Shown here one piece after another: positions 37,644 to 47,553 of a DNA stretch of 64,000 nt (positions within the stretch are counted from its first letter, which is position 1; every line of letters begins with the position of its first letter). This DNA comes from Candidatus Nanopelagicales bacterium. Its GTDB lineage: Bacteria > Actinomycetota > Actinomycetes > S36-B12. The position numbers were made by a program, and so were the translations under genes. Below the pieces are notes generated by a model. That model saw only the letters and a program-made list of their open reading frames with translations. It was not told the origin of the DNA and ran no database searches. The stretch lies in assembly GCA_021741645.1 (NCBI GenBank), contig JAIOXK010000002.1, forward strand, positions 23,982 through 87,981, written 5' to 3'.

Positions 37644-38938
37644 TCGCCGCCGATCCTGTTTCCGCGGCGCCCCATCCGACGTACGGCGAGCTCATGGACC
37701 GGGCACGCTGGCATGCCACCAAGGCGTTCCTGCTCCTCACCAGGGCGCCGATGGCCTCCGAGGATCACGCCCGGCACGCGGTTCGCTCGCGGGCGGACCT
37801 GCTCACCGGGCTCGCCGCCCACGCCCACGCCGTCATCGGCCCCGCGCACCTGGCGGCGCTGCGCGAGCACCCGGTCACTCGGCGGACCCCCGACGCCGTG
37901 GACCCCCGGGTGCGGCACCTGCTCGCGTGGATCGACGCCCTCACCGAACCGAGCCGGCGGTTACCGTCAACGGCGCACGAGACCCACGACGGAGATGTCC
38001 GGGACACCCGTGATCGGGGACCGGTCGCTGAGGCCTACGGCGCCGCAACCCTTGCTGTGGCCACGGCCACCGATCTCGTCGCCACCCACCACGACGGGGC
38101 CACCGGGGCGGCGCGTCCGTGGACGCCCCCGCAGTTGGCGGGATCCGGCTATGGCCTTCTCGTGGTGGAGGCCGCGCGGGTGGCCGCCCTTGCGGCCGCG
38201 ATCGAACCGCTCGCGTTGCGCTGCCGGGAAGCCGGACTGACCCGATCCGAGGTCGACCTGCACCTGCCACTGGCGGACCGACTGGTCGACGCCACCTGGT
38301 CGATGGCTGCCGAGTGGGGCTTTCCCGAGCCCGGGATCCGGGACATCACCGTGGCACGGCCCCCAATACGCACCGGCGACCCGGCCGCCGAATGGACCGA
38401 CCGGATCCGCTGTGTGCGCGATCGGATGCGGGCGCACCAGGACACCGGGCACGCCGGGGTGCGCACCCTGCAGGACGTCGCCCGCCTCGGCACCGTCGTA
38501 TCCCACATCCTGGCCACCAGCCGCCCCGACGCATCGGCCCAGCAGTCCGCGATCACGGCGACGTGGCGGTCGATCTCCGAGTACCTGGCCCCGCTGCGCA
38601 GCACCGAACCGGCCGACCGCACCATCCGCGGCCACGTGGAGCGGATGCTCGAGCTGGCCCGCCCGGCCCACACCGAGGACTCCCCCCGGGCACGGGACCG
38701 GCTGCTGCGGGCCATCACCGACACGACGCCGGTCCTGGACGAGTGCGCCGCCATCGCCGATCGGCTCGCGGCCTCCAGCGCCGACCTGTGGATCCCCGCC
38801 AAGAGCACTCGCCCCTACCTGCGATCGATCCGCACCAGCGGCCTGGCAGCCCGCCGGCCGACCGAGGCGCCGCGTGCGTGGCCCCGCCCCACCCGCGCCC
38901 CCGCCTCCGGGACGGCTCGATGGGTCGGCCTGTCATGA
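37640..38938 (+). CDS. Hypothetical protein
   Basis: GTGA coupling to the upstream gene; helical, GC3-rich ORF. Confidence 0.65.
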   Translation: MIAADPVSAAPHPTYGELMDRARWHATKAFLLLTRAPMASEDHARHAVRSRADLLTGLAAHAHAVIGPAHLAALREHPVTRRTPDAVDPRVRHLLAWIDALTEPSRRLPSTAHETHDGDVRDTRDRGPVAEAYGAATLAVATATDLVATHHDGATGAARPWTPPQLAGSGYGLLVVEAARVAALAAAIEPLALRCREAGLTRSEVDLHLPLADRLVDATWSMAAEWGFPEPGIRDITVARPPIRTGDPAAEWTDRIRCVRDRMRAHQDTGHAGVRTLQDVARLGTVVSHILATSRPDASAQQSAITATWRSISEYLAPLRSTEPADRTIRGHVERMLELARPAHTEDSPRARDRLLRAITDTTPVLDECAAIADRLAASSADLWIPAKSTRPYLRSIRTSGLAARRPTEAPRAWPRPTRAPASGTARWVGLS

Positions 38939-38996
38939 CCTGAGGCCGACACACCTGGGGCTGCCATCGCGGGCGGGCTGGCCTCACCGTGGGCGG

Positions 38997-39041
38997 CCGG
39001 ATGCGCGGCACCAGCGCGCTGGACACCGTTGACCCATGTAG
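38997..39041 (+). promoter_or_regulatory. ICE motif copy
   Basis: CCGGATGCGCGGCACCAGCGCGCTGGACACCGTTGACCCATGTAG upstream of the pentapeptide gene. Confidence 0.7.
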
Positions 39042-39113
39042 AGGGACGACTCGTCCCGTGGCGCGAAGGAGCACAGGTGTCCCAGTCCTCACCCCCGTAT
39101 GGCCCGGTGACTC

Positions 39114-39806
39114 ATGCCTGACCCAGAGCCGGCACGCGATTTCCGTGGTCGATCCCTGCCCGGAGCGGTCTTCGACGGGCAGGACCTGCGCGGAGCACGG
39201 TTCGACCGGGCCGACCTCGCCGGGGCGTCGTTCGTCGGCGCCCGCCTCGACGGGGCGAGCTTCCACGGAGCGGACCTCATGGGCGCCTTGCTGCGGGAAG
39301 CGGTCCTGGACGCCGCAGACCTTCAGGGCGCCTGCCTGCGCGCGGCCGACCTGACGCAGGCGACCGGCCTGTATGCCGACCTGCGGCGTGCCGACCTGGG
39401 TGGATCGACCCTCACCGACACCGACCTCACGTGCGCGACCCTCACGGGCGCTGACGCGCAAGGGGCGACGTTCACCCGCACAAAGCTGTCGGGGGCGACC
39501 CTGCGCGGGGCCAATCTCACCGGCGCCATGTTCCCTGGCGCGAACTTGGCCGACGCCGACCTGGCCGGCAGCGACCTGACCGGGGTGCAGTTCCCCGACA
39601 CCTCGGGTGCGGCCGTCGCGGTGTTCCTCGCCCGGGCCGAGGCGCACTGGTCGACCGGGCAGATGCTGTCCCGGATCGCCGATGACCTGGGCATCGCCGA
39701 GTACACCCACGACATCCAGCCGCTGGTCGACCGGACCGTCGAGGCCGGACGCCCGGTGTCGGCGCCGCGCACCACCCGGCAGCCTCCCCCGATCTCGTGG
39801 GCATGA
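39114..39806 (+). CDS. Pentapeptide repeat protein
   Basis: Long A(D/N/T)LxG/R five-residue repeats. Confidence 0.92.
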   Translation: MPDPEPARDFRGRSLPGAVFDGQDLRGARFDRADLAGASFVGARLDGASFHGADLMGALLREAVLDAADLQGACLRAADLTQATGLYADLRRADLGGSTLTDTDLTCATLTGADAQGATFTRTKLSGATLRGANLTGAMFPGANLADADLAGSDLTGVQFPDTSGAAVAVFLARAEAHWSTGQMLSRIADDLGIAEYTHDIQPLVDRTVEAGRPVSAPRTTRQPPPISWA

Positions 39807-39812
39807 GCCCGG

Positions 39813-40235
39813 TCAGTCCCGCGGACGCAGGCGGGTCCGCAGCCCCGGCTGGGTGGCCTCCAAGGACGCGAGGACGGCGACGAGCGCCGCCTCCACGACG
39901 GAGGCATCACCGGCGTCGATGTCGATGACGAGCGACGCCCCGCCGTGGAGCGTCTGCTCGGCCAGGAGGTCGGTCGCGGTCGTGAACGGGTCGGGGCGCC
40001 TGGCGTTGGCGGCCAGCGCGACGAGAGCAGAGGCCGGCACGGAGAGGCCGTGGGCGAGGTGCTCGATGGTCGCGGGCCGGTAGCTGTCCCGGGATCCGGT
40101 GACCACGTTGACGACGGTGTTCACCGACAGGCCGCTGGCGGTGGCGAGATCGGCCTGGGTGTGGTGGCCGCGCAGGACCATCGCCTGACGGATCACCGCC
40201 CCGAACCAGGCGGGGTGTCGCACGGTCACGGCCAC
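39813..40235 (-). CDS. XRE family HTH transcriptional regulator
   Basis: TQADLATASGLSVNTVVNV..G.....RPATIEHLAHGL; GTG at 40235 after AAGGAGG. Confidence 0.82.
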   Translation of the reverse strand: MAVTVRHPAWFGAVIRQAMVLRGHHTQADLATASGLSVNTVVNVVTGSRDSYRPATIEHLAHGLSVPASALVALAANARRPDPFTTATDLLAEQTLHGGASLVIDIDAGDASVVEAALVAVLASLEATQPGLRTRLRPRD

Positions 40236-40396
40236 GGCAGCCTCCTTCGCCCCCACAGGTTACCCACGAATCACCCGGCTCCCGATAGCAATCTGACACC
40301 GACAGGTTTATCCCTGCGTAAACAGGGGCATACCGGTGACTGACAGGTTGCACAGTCGCCGGGTTGCCGGCCCTCCCAGGACGCGGGGTACCACTG

Positions 40397-41275
40397 ATGG
40401 ACGACAAGGATCTGGAGCACCTTGTGCGGGATCCGGCGATGGCCTCGCCGGCGGCGGCGTACGCCCTGATCGCGCTGGCCGACGAGGTGACGTTCGATCC
40501 GGACGTGGCCGGTGACGTCGTGCTGCTGCTGACCGAGCGGCTGAGACCGGGCGGGTCGCTGGCCCGGGCCCTGCCGTCCCACCCGAACCCGTGCGCCCTG
40601 CTCACCGCGGCCGCGAAGAACGCCGCCCTGCAGGCGATCGAGGCCACCGGCCGCTACAAGCGGGCCATGCACCTGACCGACGACGGCGACATCGCCGCCC
40701 TGGAGATCCCCGCCGCCCCGACCGTCCCAACGGCGGGAATCTTCGAGCTGCTCGACGACCTCGGATGGAGCCCCGCGCACCTGCAGGCCTTGGCGATCCC
40801 CCGGCAGCGGGCCGGCCGCTCGATCCACCCCGGAATCGAGGACGTGCTGGACAAGGTCGCGCTCTGCTACGGCATCACAGTGCGCTGCCCCGGCTGCCCC
40901 AGCCCGATGGACCTGCAACGCCTGGACCTCAACGGTCCCCGATCATGGCCCGCCCTGGTCCAGGTGGCCGGCGAATGGGGCTGGTCACCGGACCTCATCG
41001 ACTACCTGACCACCACGCCCGCGAACATCGGGCACTGGCGCCGCCTGGGCGTCACCCCGCCGCCGCGGCAGGAGCGGCGCATGGTCGAAATCGTCCGCAA
41101 GATGCGCTGGGAGCCGTGGCTGCTGACCGACCCCCAAGTGATCCGCGACTCCGTCAAGCCACGCGACATCCGCCTCGGCCCCCTCGCATCGACACCCACC
41201 GCCGGCGGTCCCCCACCGTGCCGCATGGACACCCGAATGCGCGACACCGCGGGGGTCACACCGTTGACCGGGTAG
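40397..41275 (+). CDS. Hypothetical protein with sigma-70 region-2-like N-terminus and CxxC
   Basis: DVAGDVVLLL...ALLTAAAKNAALQAIEATGRYKR loosely resembles ECF region 2; divergent from the XRE gene; function inferred. Confidence 0.55.
   Translation: MDDKDLEHLVRDPAMASPAAAYALIALADEVTFDPDVAGDVVLLLTERLRPGGSLARALPSHPNPCALLTAAAKNAALQAIEATGRYKRAMHLTDDGDIAALEIPAAPTVPTAGIFELLDDLGWSPAHLQALAIPRQRAGRSIHPGIEDVLDKVALCYGITVRCPGCPSPMDLQRLDLNGPRSWPALVQVAGEWGWSPDLIDYLTTTPANIGHWRRLGVTPPPRQERRMVEIVRKMRWEPWLLTDPQVIRDSVKPRDIRLGPLASTPTAGGPPPCRMDTRMRDTAGVTPLTG
41232..41275 (+). promoter_or_regulatory. ICE motif copy
   Basis: CCCGAATGCGCGACACCGCGGGGGTCACACCGTTGACCGGGTAG; overlaps the 3' end of the upstream ORF. Confidence 0.7.
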
Positions 41276-41318
41276 GGACCGCGGCCGCGGCCCGGTCCAG
41301 CGACCCGCGGAGACACCC

Positions 41319-42074
41319 ATGCGCGCACCGACGATCGAGGAAGTCCTCGCGGCACTGGCCACCCACCGTCCCGCCGACATCGCCGCCGCCCTCTACGCCG
41401 CCCACGACATCGAGGTCGTCGAGAACCTGATCACCGCTCTCGTCGACGCGTCCACCCGGCTCGCGACCTACCCCCGCCCCCTGGTCGTCGACGAGGCCGA
41501 CGCGTTGCTGTACGACACCCTGCGCGCGCCGATCGCCGACGCGACCCCGTCCGGCACGGTCGACGTCGACCCCATTGAGCTCGCCCGCCATCGCGGCATC
41601 ACCGTGGCGGAGGCGGCCGCGCTGCTCGACCGGATCCGGTGCACCGACGCCGACGCCGCCCGCCGCCTGGTCGACAGCGGCCTCGACCCCAACTGGACTC
41701 TGGCGCAGCAGCAGGTGATGACCTGCATCCGCGAGCTGCTCGCCGCCGACGTCACCCCCACGAGGGCACGGGTCGTGGAGCACGCGACGACCCGCGCCCG
41801 CCAGGTGATGCGACCGCACGAGGGCAGCGAGCCATTCGCCTACCCGGCGAACCCGGCGCTGCCGCCGCGGATCCTCAGCCCGTCCGCGATGACCTGCGTC
41901 CCGGCGTGGATGGCACGGATGGACGCCCACCCGCCCTGCCTGGACCTCGCGGAGGACCGCATCGCCTACCTGCTCGCCGCGAAGGCCGCGATGGCACGCG
42001 CCAGCCGCGCCAGCCACCGCCTCCCGTTCGTCCCGGCGCCACCCCGACCGCGACCGGCACTCACGCTCGCGTGA
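41319..42074 (+). CDS. Hypothetical protein
   Basis: GGAG RBS; GC3-rich ORF. Confidence 0.65.
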   Translation: MRAPTIEEVLAALATHRPADIAAALYAAHDIEVVENLITALVDASTRLATYPRPLVVDEADALLYDTLRAPIADATPSGTVDVDPIELARHRGITVAEAAALLDRIRCTDADAARRLVDSGLDPNWTLAQQQVMTCIRELLAADVTPTRARVVEHATTRARQVMRPHEGSEPFAYPANPALPPRILSPSAMTCVPAWMARMDAHPPCLDLAEDRIAYLLAAKAAMARASRASHRLPFVPAPPRPRPALTLA

Positions 42075-42082
42075 GCGCCACG

Positions 42083-42127
42083 CCGAGTGCGAGGCACCAT
42101 GCTCGCTCGCACCGTTGACCTCAGTAG
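42083..42127 (+). promoter_or_regulatory. ICE motif copy
   Basis: CCGAGTGCGAGGCACCATGCTCGCTCGCACCGTTGACCTCAGTAG. Confidence 0.7.
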
Positions 42128-42165
42128 AGGCGGGCACCGGTCCGTCGCCGCCCCCGGGAGAGTGC

Positions 42166-42768
42166 GTGTCGAAGGTCCTGGCCATGGTCGCCGCACTTAG
42201 CCTCCTCGTGGTCGTCCTGCCCGCCGGATGTCTGGGCGCGGTGGTAGTCGGGGCCGGGGCGATCGCCGCCGCCACCACGACCACCACCTGCGCCCCCGTC
42301 GGTTGCGACCCCACCGCGCCGACACCCGGCACCGTCGTCGACCCGGCATCGATCCCCGCACCCGACGCGCAGGCCGCGATCGCGGTGGCCGCCGCCCTGA
42401 CCGGGGTCCACTCGGGGGGCCGGTACATCGCCGAAGGCAACGGCCCGATCGACTTCGACTGCTCCGGGCTCACCGCGTGGGCGTGGCGCCAGGCCGGCGT
42501 CGACCTCGTCGACTACTCCTACACCCAGCGCGCGGCAACGACGGCGATCCCGCGCAGTGCTGTGCAGCCCGGTGACCTGGTGTTCTGGTTCGGCGGCGAC
42601 GTGCACCACGTCGCCATCGTCACCGCCGTCGACGGCGATCAGATCACCATCGCCGAGGCGTCGAACCCGACCAGCGGCCTGGGTGTCCGCACCCTGGGCG
42701 GAGCCTGGGATGACGCGCACCTGTCCGGCTTCGGTCGCGTCACCCGCGCCCAGTACCGGGCCAGTTGA
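42166..42768 (+). CDS. NlpC/P60 (C40) peptidoglycan hydrolase
   Basis: FDCSGLTAWAW, QPGDLVFW, HHVAI; N-terminal TM segment. Confidence 0.9.
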   Translation: MSKVLAMVAALSLLVVVLPAGCLGAVVVGAGAIAAATTTTTCAPVGCDPTAPTPGTVVDPASIPAPDAQAAIAVAAALTGVHSGGRYIAEGNGPIDFDCSGLTAWAWRQAGVDLVDYSYTQRAATTAIPRSAVQPGDLVFWFGGDVHHVAIVTAVDGDQITIAEASNPTSGLGVRTLGGAWDDAHLSGFGRVTRAQYRAS

Positions 42769-42771
42769 CAG

Positions 42772-42816
42772 GCGAATGCGCGGCACCGACCTGCCGGACA
42801 CCGTTGACCTAGGTAG
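42772..42816 (+). promoter_or_regulatory. ICE motif copy
   Basis: GCGAATGCGCGGCACCGACCTGCCGGACACCGTTGACCTAGGTAG upstream of the T4SS operon. Confidence 0.7.
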
Positions 42817-42871
42817 AGGCCGAACCTCGGCCCGCCCCGTGCACGCACCGATCCGCGAAAGAGGTCCCACC

Positions 42872-43144
42872 ATGCCCACCACTACCGTCGTCGCGGCGTT
42901 GACGATGCCGTACCAGAACTTCCTGTCCGAGCTGGCGACCAGCGTGCAGGTGTACGGCACCGCCCTGGCGACGATCGTCCTGGTCGTCTGCGCGTTCGGC
43001 TACATGGCCGCCAAGGGCGTCAGCCCGCAGAACGCGTCCCGCTGGATGGGCGGCATGTTCGCCGCCGTCTTCGCCGCCATCGTCTGCGTCGGCGCACCCA
43101 GCCTGGTCACCATCGTGCAGGGCTGGGCAGCGACCGCGGCGTAG
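42872..43144 (+). CDS. VirB2/TrbC-like small membrane protein
   Basis: 90 aa with two TM helices; first gene of the transfer operon; GAGG RBS. Confidence 0.65.
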   Translation: MPTTTVVAALTMPYQNFLSELATSVQVYGTALATIVLVVCAFGYMAAKGVSPQNASRWMGGMFAAVFAAIVCVGAPSLVTIVQGWAATAA

Positions 43145-43167
43145 CCGACCGCTCACCCCCACCACCC

Positions 43168-44589
43168 ATGGACAGCCTCCTCGACGGGATCTTCGGAACC
43201 CTGTTCGACCAAGTCGACCCACTCGGGATGATCCTGCGCACCCTGATGGCGCTGCTCGCCGACTCCCTGGCCACCCTCATCACCACCGTCTACGCAGGGC
43301 TGTTCGAGATCACCACCGTCGACCTGTCCGCCACCGCGGTGCGCAACATCTGGGCCATCACCACCGGCATCTCCGCATCCCTGGCGGTGATCCTGCTGGT
43401 CATCGCCGCGTTCCGCGCCATGATCGCCCAATCCAACCGCTACCTGCTCGAGGCCCTGCCCGGGGTGGTGCTGGCGATCCTGGGACCGCAGTTCATCACC
43501 GTGTTCCTGCCCTGGCTCGCCGGCGCGTCCACCGACCTCGCCCAGGGCATCGTCGCCTCCGCCACGCCCGACCTCGCGGCATCGATGCGGCTGCTGGCCG
43601 GAGTCGGCCCCAACCCCCTGTACGAAGGGCTCGGGCTGATGGCGCCGATCATCGCGGCGATGCTGCTGTTCGGCATGTCGATGGTGTTCTTCGTCCTGCT
43701 GTTCTGCATGGCCGGCGCCGTCGTGCTCTATGTGCTCAGCCCGTTCGCGTTCGCCGGCCTCGTCATGGCCCCCACCCGCGCCTGGTTCACCAAGTGGGCC
43801 ACCGCGATGTTCGCGCTGCTGTTCGCGAAGGTCCCCATCGCGATCCTCCTCGCCCTGTCGGTGTCGCTGTTCGCGAACTCCGCGCATGCTGGCGGCGCCC
43901 AGAGCTTCGTCAACGCCGGCGCCGGCCTGATCCTCGGACTCGGCGCCCTGCTGTCCCCGCTGCTCGCCTACGGACTGTTCTCGTTCATGGGCACCGCCGC
44001 GACCCGACCCGCGGTCCCGTCGACCAACCCCACCCAGGCGATGGGCAGCACCTACTACGGCACCCAGATGGGCCGCGCCGGCATCACCAGCGTCAAGAAC
44101 GCCGCCACCCGTATCCGCCGCGGCTCGACTACCGGCACCGGCGCCACCCCCGGCAGCCCGTCCGCCGGCCCAGCCGGTAGTAGTGGCGCGCCAGGCTCCG
44201 GTCGCGCCGGCAGCGCGTCCGGCCCGTCCCCATCGTCGAGCGGTCGGGCACGATCCCCCGTCCCGGCACCGATGCGGTCCGCACCCACACGCGGCAACGG
44301 CGCCAGCACGTCTGCGAGATCTGCCCGCACCGCCACTGCGGCTCGTGCCAGTGGGGCTGCGACCTCGGGCTCCGCCGCTACCGGTGGCGCGGCAGCCGGC
44401 GGCGCGACTGCCGGGACGGCGGCTGTCGCGGGGGCCGCGACGGCCGGTGTCGGTGCCCTCGTCGTCATTGGCGCGGCCGCGGGGGCCAAGGCAGGGCGCA
44501 GCATCAAGCACGGCGTCACCAACACGGCCGGCACGGTCGCCACCGGCACCGGCACCGCTCCTGGGATCACCCCGCGCACCGCACCCTGA
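43168..44589 (+). CDS. VirB6/TrbL-like polytopic membrane protein
   Basis: Multiple TM helices followed by a Gly/Ala/Ser-rich tail. Confidence 0.75.
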   Translation: MDSLLDGIFGTLFDQVDPLGMILRTLMALLADSLATLITTVYAGLFEITTVDLSATAVRNIWAITTGISASLAVILLVIAAFRAMIAQSNRYLLEALPGVVLAILGPQFITVFLPWLAGASTDLAQGIVASATPDLAASMRLLAGVGPNPLYEGLGLMAPIIAAMLLFGMSMVFFVLLFCMAGAVVLYVLSPFAFAGLVMAPTRAWFTKWATAMFALLFAKVPIAILLALSVSLFANSAHAGGAQSFVNAGAGLILGLGALLSPLLAYGLFSFMGTAATRPAVPSTNPTQAMGSTYYGTQMGRAGITSVKNAATRIRRGSTTGTGATPGSPSAGPAGSSGAPGSGRAGSASGPSPSSSGRARSPVPAPMRSAPTRGNGASTSARSARTATAARASGAATSGSAATGGAAAGGATAGTAAVAGAATAGVGALVVIGAAAGAKAGRSIKHGVTNTAGTVATGTGTAPGITPRTAP

Positions 44590-44620
44590 CCCACCCGCGC
44601 GACCGATGAAGGAGTCGACG

Positions 44621-46108
44621 ATGACGATCACCGTGACCGACCCGACGGACGACGTGACCGCGGCATTCCCGCGCCGGCCCCGCGCGGGCATCGTCATGGG
44701 CCTGCGCGCCGGGCAGATCGCCCTCATCGCCACGGCAGGCGTCGCCGTGCTCGTGGCCCTGTTCTCCGGGATAGTGCCCGGCGCGGGCCGCGGCCTCGTG
44801 ATCGGCATTGCGGGCGCAGCGATCCTGCTGGCCGTGACCAAGGTCGAGGACCGCCCCGGGTACCGGTGGGTCGCAGCCCGCACCTCGCAGGCGGTCCGGG
44901 CCCGACGCGGCAACACCACCGTGTCCCGTCCGATCCACGTCGGCGCCGCGCCGATCCCCTCTCTGCGTCGGGTGATCGGCCTGCTGCCCGGACGGGCCGC
45001 CTCCATCCAGCTCCACGAGCTCGACGGCGTCGGCTACCTGATCCACCCGCATCACGGCACCATCACCGCCGTCGTCGAGGTCACCAGCCCGGAGTTCCTG
45101 CTGCGCGACCCCGCCGACCGCAACTCCCGCGTCGCCGGCTGGGGCCGCGTCCTAGCCGCCGCCACCCGAACCGGTGCGATCCGGCAGGTCCAGCTCCTCG
45201 AGCGGTCGATCCCCGACGACGGCTCCGCCCTGAGCACCTATACGCAGCTGCACCTGACCCCTGAGCCGCAGTACGCGACGCTGACCGACACCTACCGGGA
45301 CCTCGTCGGCGACCTGCGCGGCGGCGCGGACCGACATCAGAGCTTCCTGGCGGTCACCGTCGACCGGGCGCATGCCGCCGGTGCGGTCAAGGCCGCCGGC
45401 GGGAAGGTCACCGGGCTCATCGCGGTGTGGCAGCAGGAGTTCACCCTGCTCGCCAGGATGCTGCCCGCCGCTGGCCTGGAGGTCATCGACCCGCTGTCCG
45501 CGCGCCGGATCGGTGAGGTGATCCGCACCGGCTTCGACCCGTCGTCCGCGCTGCGCATCTCTGTCGATACCGGAGTCGACCCCGGTGTCGCCGGCCCCGC
45601 GGCAGGCCGTGAGGAGTGGGCGTACTTGCGCACCGACGGGGCGTTCCATGCGGTGCTGTGGGTCGCCGAATGGCCCAACGGGCGCACCGCTGCGGACTTC
45701 CTGTGGCCGGTGATCTTCCCCTCCGGCGTGCAGCGCACCTTGTCCCTGTTCTACCGGCCCTACACCCGAGCCCAGTCCGAGGCCGCGATCCGCGCCAAGC
45801 ATTCCGAGATCATCCAATCGAGCTTCCTGAAGGACAAGCTCGGCCGCGTCGAGACCCTCACCGATTCCAAGGAGATGACCGACGTGCTCACCCGGGAGGG
45901 CGAACTGCTCGCCGGCCACGGCGAAGTCGGACTCCTGGGAATGGTCACCGTGTCCGCGAGCACTCTGGACGATCTCGAGGCCGCCGTCACCTCCGTGCAT
46001 GCCGCCGCGACGGCGGCGTCGATGGACCTGCGCCGCGTCCACGGGCAGCAGATGCAGGCCTTCACGGCCGCCGCCCTGCCCCTGGGCATCCCGGTCGTCA
46101 CCTCATGA
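44621..46108 (+). CDS. SCO6880/PrgI-like conjugation protein
   Basis: GIVMGL..GQ, two TMs, WGRVLA, H...WVAEWP, QMQAFTAAALPLG. Confidence 0.8.
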   Translation: MTITVTDPTDDVTAAFPRRPRAGIVMGLRAGQIALIATAGVAVLVALFSGIVPGAGRGLVIGIAGAAILLAVTKVEDRPGYRWVAARTSQAVRARRGNTTVSRPIHVGAAPIPSLRRVIGLLPGRAASIQLHELDGVGYLIHPHHGTITAVVEVTSPEFLLRDPADRNSRVAGWGRVLAAATRTGAIRQVQLLERSIPDDGSALSTYTQLHLTPEPQYATLTDTYRDLVGDLRGGADRHQSFLAVTVDRAHAAGAVKAAGGKVTGLIAVWQQEFTLLARMLPAAGLEVIDPLSARRIGEVIRTGFDPSSALRISVDTGVDPGVAGPAAGREEWAYLRTDGAFHAVLWVAEWPNGRTAADFLWPVIFPSGVQRTLSLFYRPYTRAQSEAAIRAKHSEIIQSSFLKDKLGRVETLTDSKEMTDVLTREGELLAGHGEVGLLGMVTVSASTLDDLEAAVTSVHAAATAASMDLRRVHGQQMQAFTAAALPLGIPVVTS

Positions 46109-47553
46109 GACGGCGCAAAGGACGCGAAGACTCCCTGCCCGATCCGGGCCGGGACTGGGCGCGCGCCGCGTACTCGGCGGCGGGGCGCCGTGGTCAGGGT
46201 GCGGACCGCACACGCTTCACCCTGCCGGGGCTGCGGGTGTCCACCGCGACCGCCGCGATCGCGTACCCCTTCCTCGCGCAGGCACCCTTGACCCACAAGG
46301 GCACGTTCCTCGGCACCAACCTGGGGACCGGGGCGCCGTTCACGTTCTCCCCGTTCGAGCTGTACCGCGACGGCCTCATCACCAACCCGAACATCCTCAT
46401 CGCCGGGGAGATCGGCTCCGGCAAGACGAACGCCACCTGCGCCCTGACCCTGCGCTCCATCCCCCTGGGCTACAAGGTCGCCGCCGTCGACGCGAAGTCC
46501 GACTGGGCCCGATTCGCGAAGAGCTACGGCGGATCGGCGATCAGCCTGGGACCCGGCCGCGGGAACCGCCTCAACCCGTTGGATGTGTCCGACGCCCTGC
46601 TGTCGGCCCGCGTTGACGCCGAAGGTCAGCGCATCGACCCCGTGGCCGTCGCGAAGAACGCCCAGCTGCGGCTGCTCGAGGCCCTCATCGAGATCCGCCT
46701 CGAGCGCTCCCTGCAGGTCGACGAGCGCACCGCACTTGCGCTCGCCCTCGAGCAGGCACTTCGGGCCAGCGGCGGGTCACCGATTCTGTCCGACGTCGCC
46801 GCCGCCCTGCGCACCCCCGACCCCCAGCTGGCCGCGGGCATCGCCCGCACCGTCACCGAGGTGCAGCTGGCCGGGAACACCGCGCGGTGGGCGTTCGACG
46901 GACTGCTGTCCACGGTGGCGAAGGACCTGTTCGATGGGCCGTCGACCACCCGGTTCGACTCCACCGCCCCCATCGTCGCGATCGACCTGTCCGACCTCTA
47001 CAACGACAACGCGAACCTGTCGATCGCGTTCACCTGCGCCTCCGCCTGGATGGAAGCGGCGCTGGCGACCCCCGGGAACGGGCAGCGGTTCGCCGTCTAC
47101 GACGAGGCGTGGCGGGTCCTCGCGCACGCGCACGGCGCCATCGATCGGCTGCAGCAGCAGTTCCGCCTCGCCCGCTCCTGGGGGCTGTCCAACGTCCTGG
47201 TGCTGCACAACCTGCGCGACACCCTCAACATCGGCGCCGCGGACTCTGCCGAACGCAACAAGGCCGAATCCCTCCTCGCCCTGGCGGGGGCCAAGATCAT
47301 CGGCTACCAGCCCGCCAAGGAGATCCCGCTGACCACTCAGGCCCTGGACCTCACCGCCGCCGAAGCCCACATCATCGCCACCGCGTCCCGTGGGGAGTTC
47401 CTCGTCAAGTTGCAGACCATCCACGGCATGCGGTCCTACCGCCTGCAAGTCGACCTGCATCCTTACGAGCTCCAGTGGTGGGACACCACTGCCGGCATGA
47501 GCGCACCCGCCCGGGCGACAGTCGCGCGGGACGCCGATGAGGACGCGTCGTGA
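46105..47553 (+). CDS. VirB4-like conjugative ATPase
   Basis: AYPFLA, GEIGSGKT Walker A, RLNPLD, YDEAW, RLARSWG. Confidence 0.88.
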   Translation: MRRRKGREDSLPDPGRDWARAAYSAAGRRGQGADRTRFTLPGLRVSTATAAIAYPFLAQAPLTHKGTFLGTNLGTGAPFTFSPFELYRDGLITNPNILIAGEIGSGKTNATCALTLRSIPLGYKVAAVDAKSDWARFAKSYGGSAISLGPGRGNRLNPLDVSDALLSARVDAEGQRIDPVAVAKNAQLRLLEALIEIRLERSLQVDERTALALALEQALRASGGSPILSDVAAALRTPDPQLAAGIARTVTEVQLAGNTARWAFDGLLSTVAKDLFDGPSTTRFDSTAPIVAIDLSDLYNDNANLSIAFTCASAWMEAALATPGNGQRFAVYDEAWRVLAHAHGAIDRLQQQFRLARSWGLSNVLVLHNLRDTLNIGAADSAERNKAESLLALAGAKIIGYQPAKEIPLTTQALDLTAAEAHIIATASRGEFLVKLQTIHGMRSYRLQVDLHPYELQWWDTTAGMSAPARATVARDADEDAS

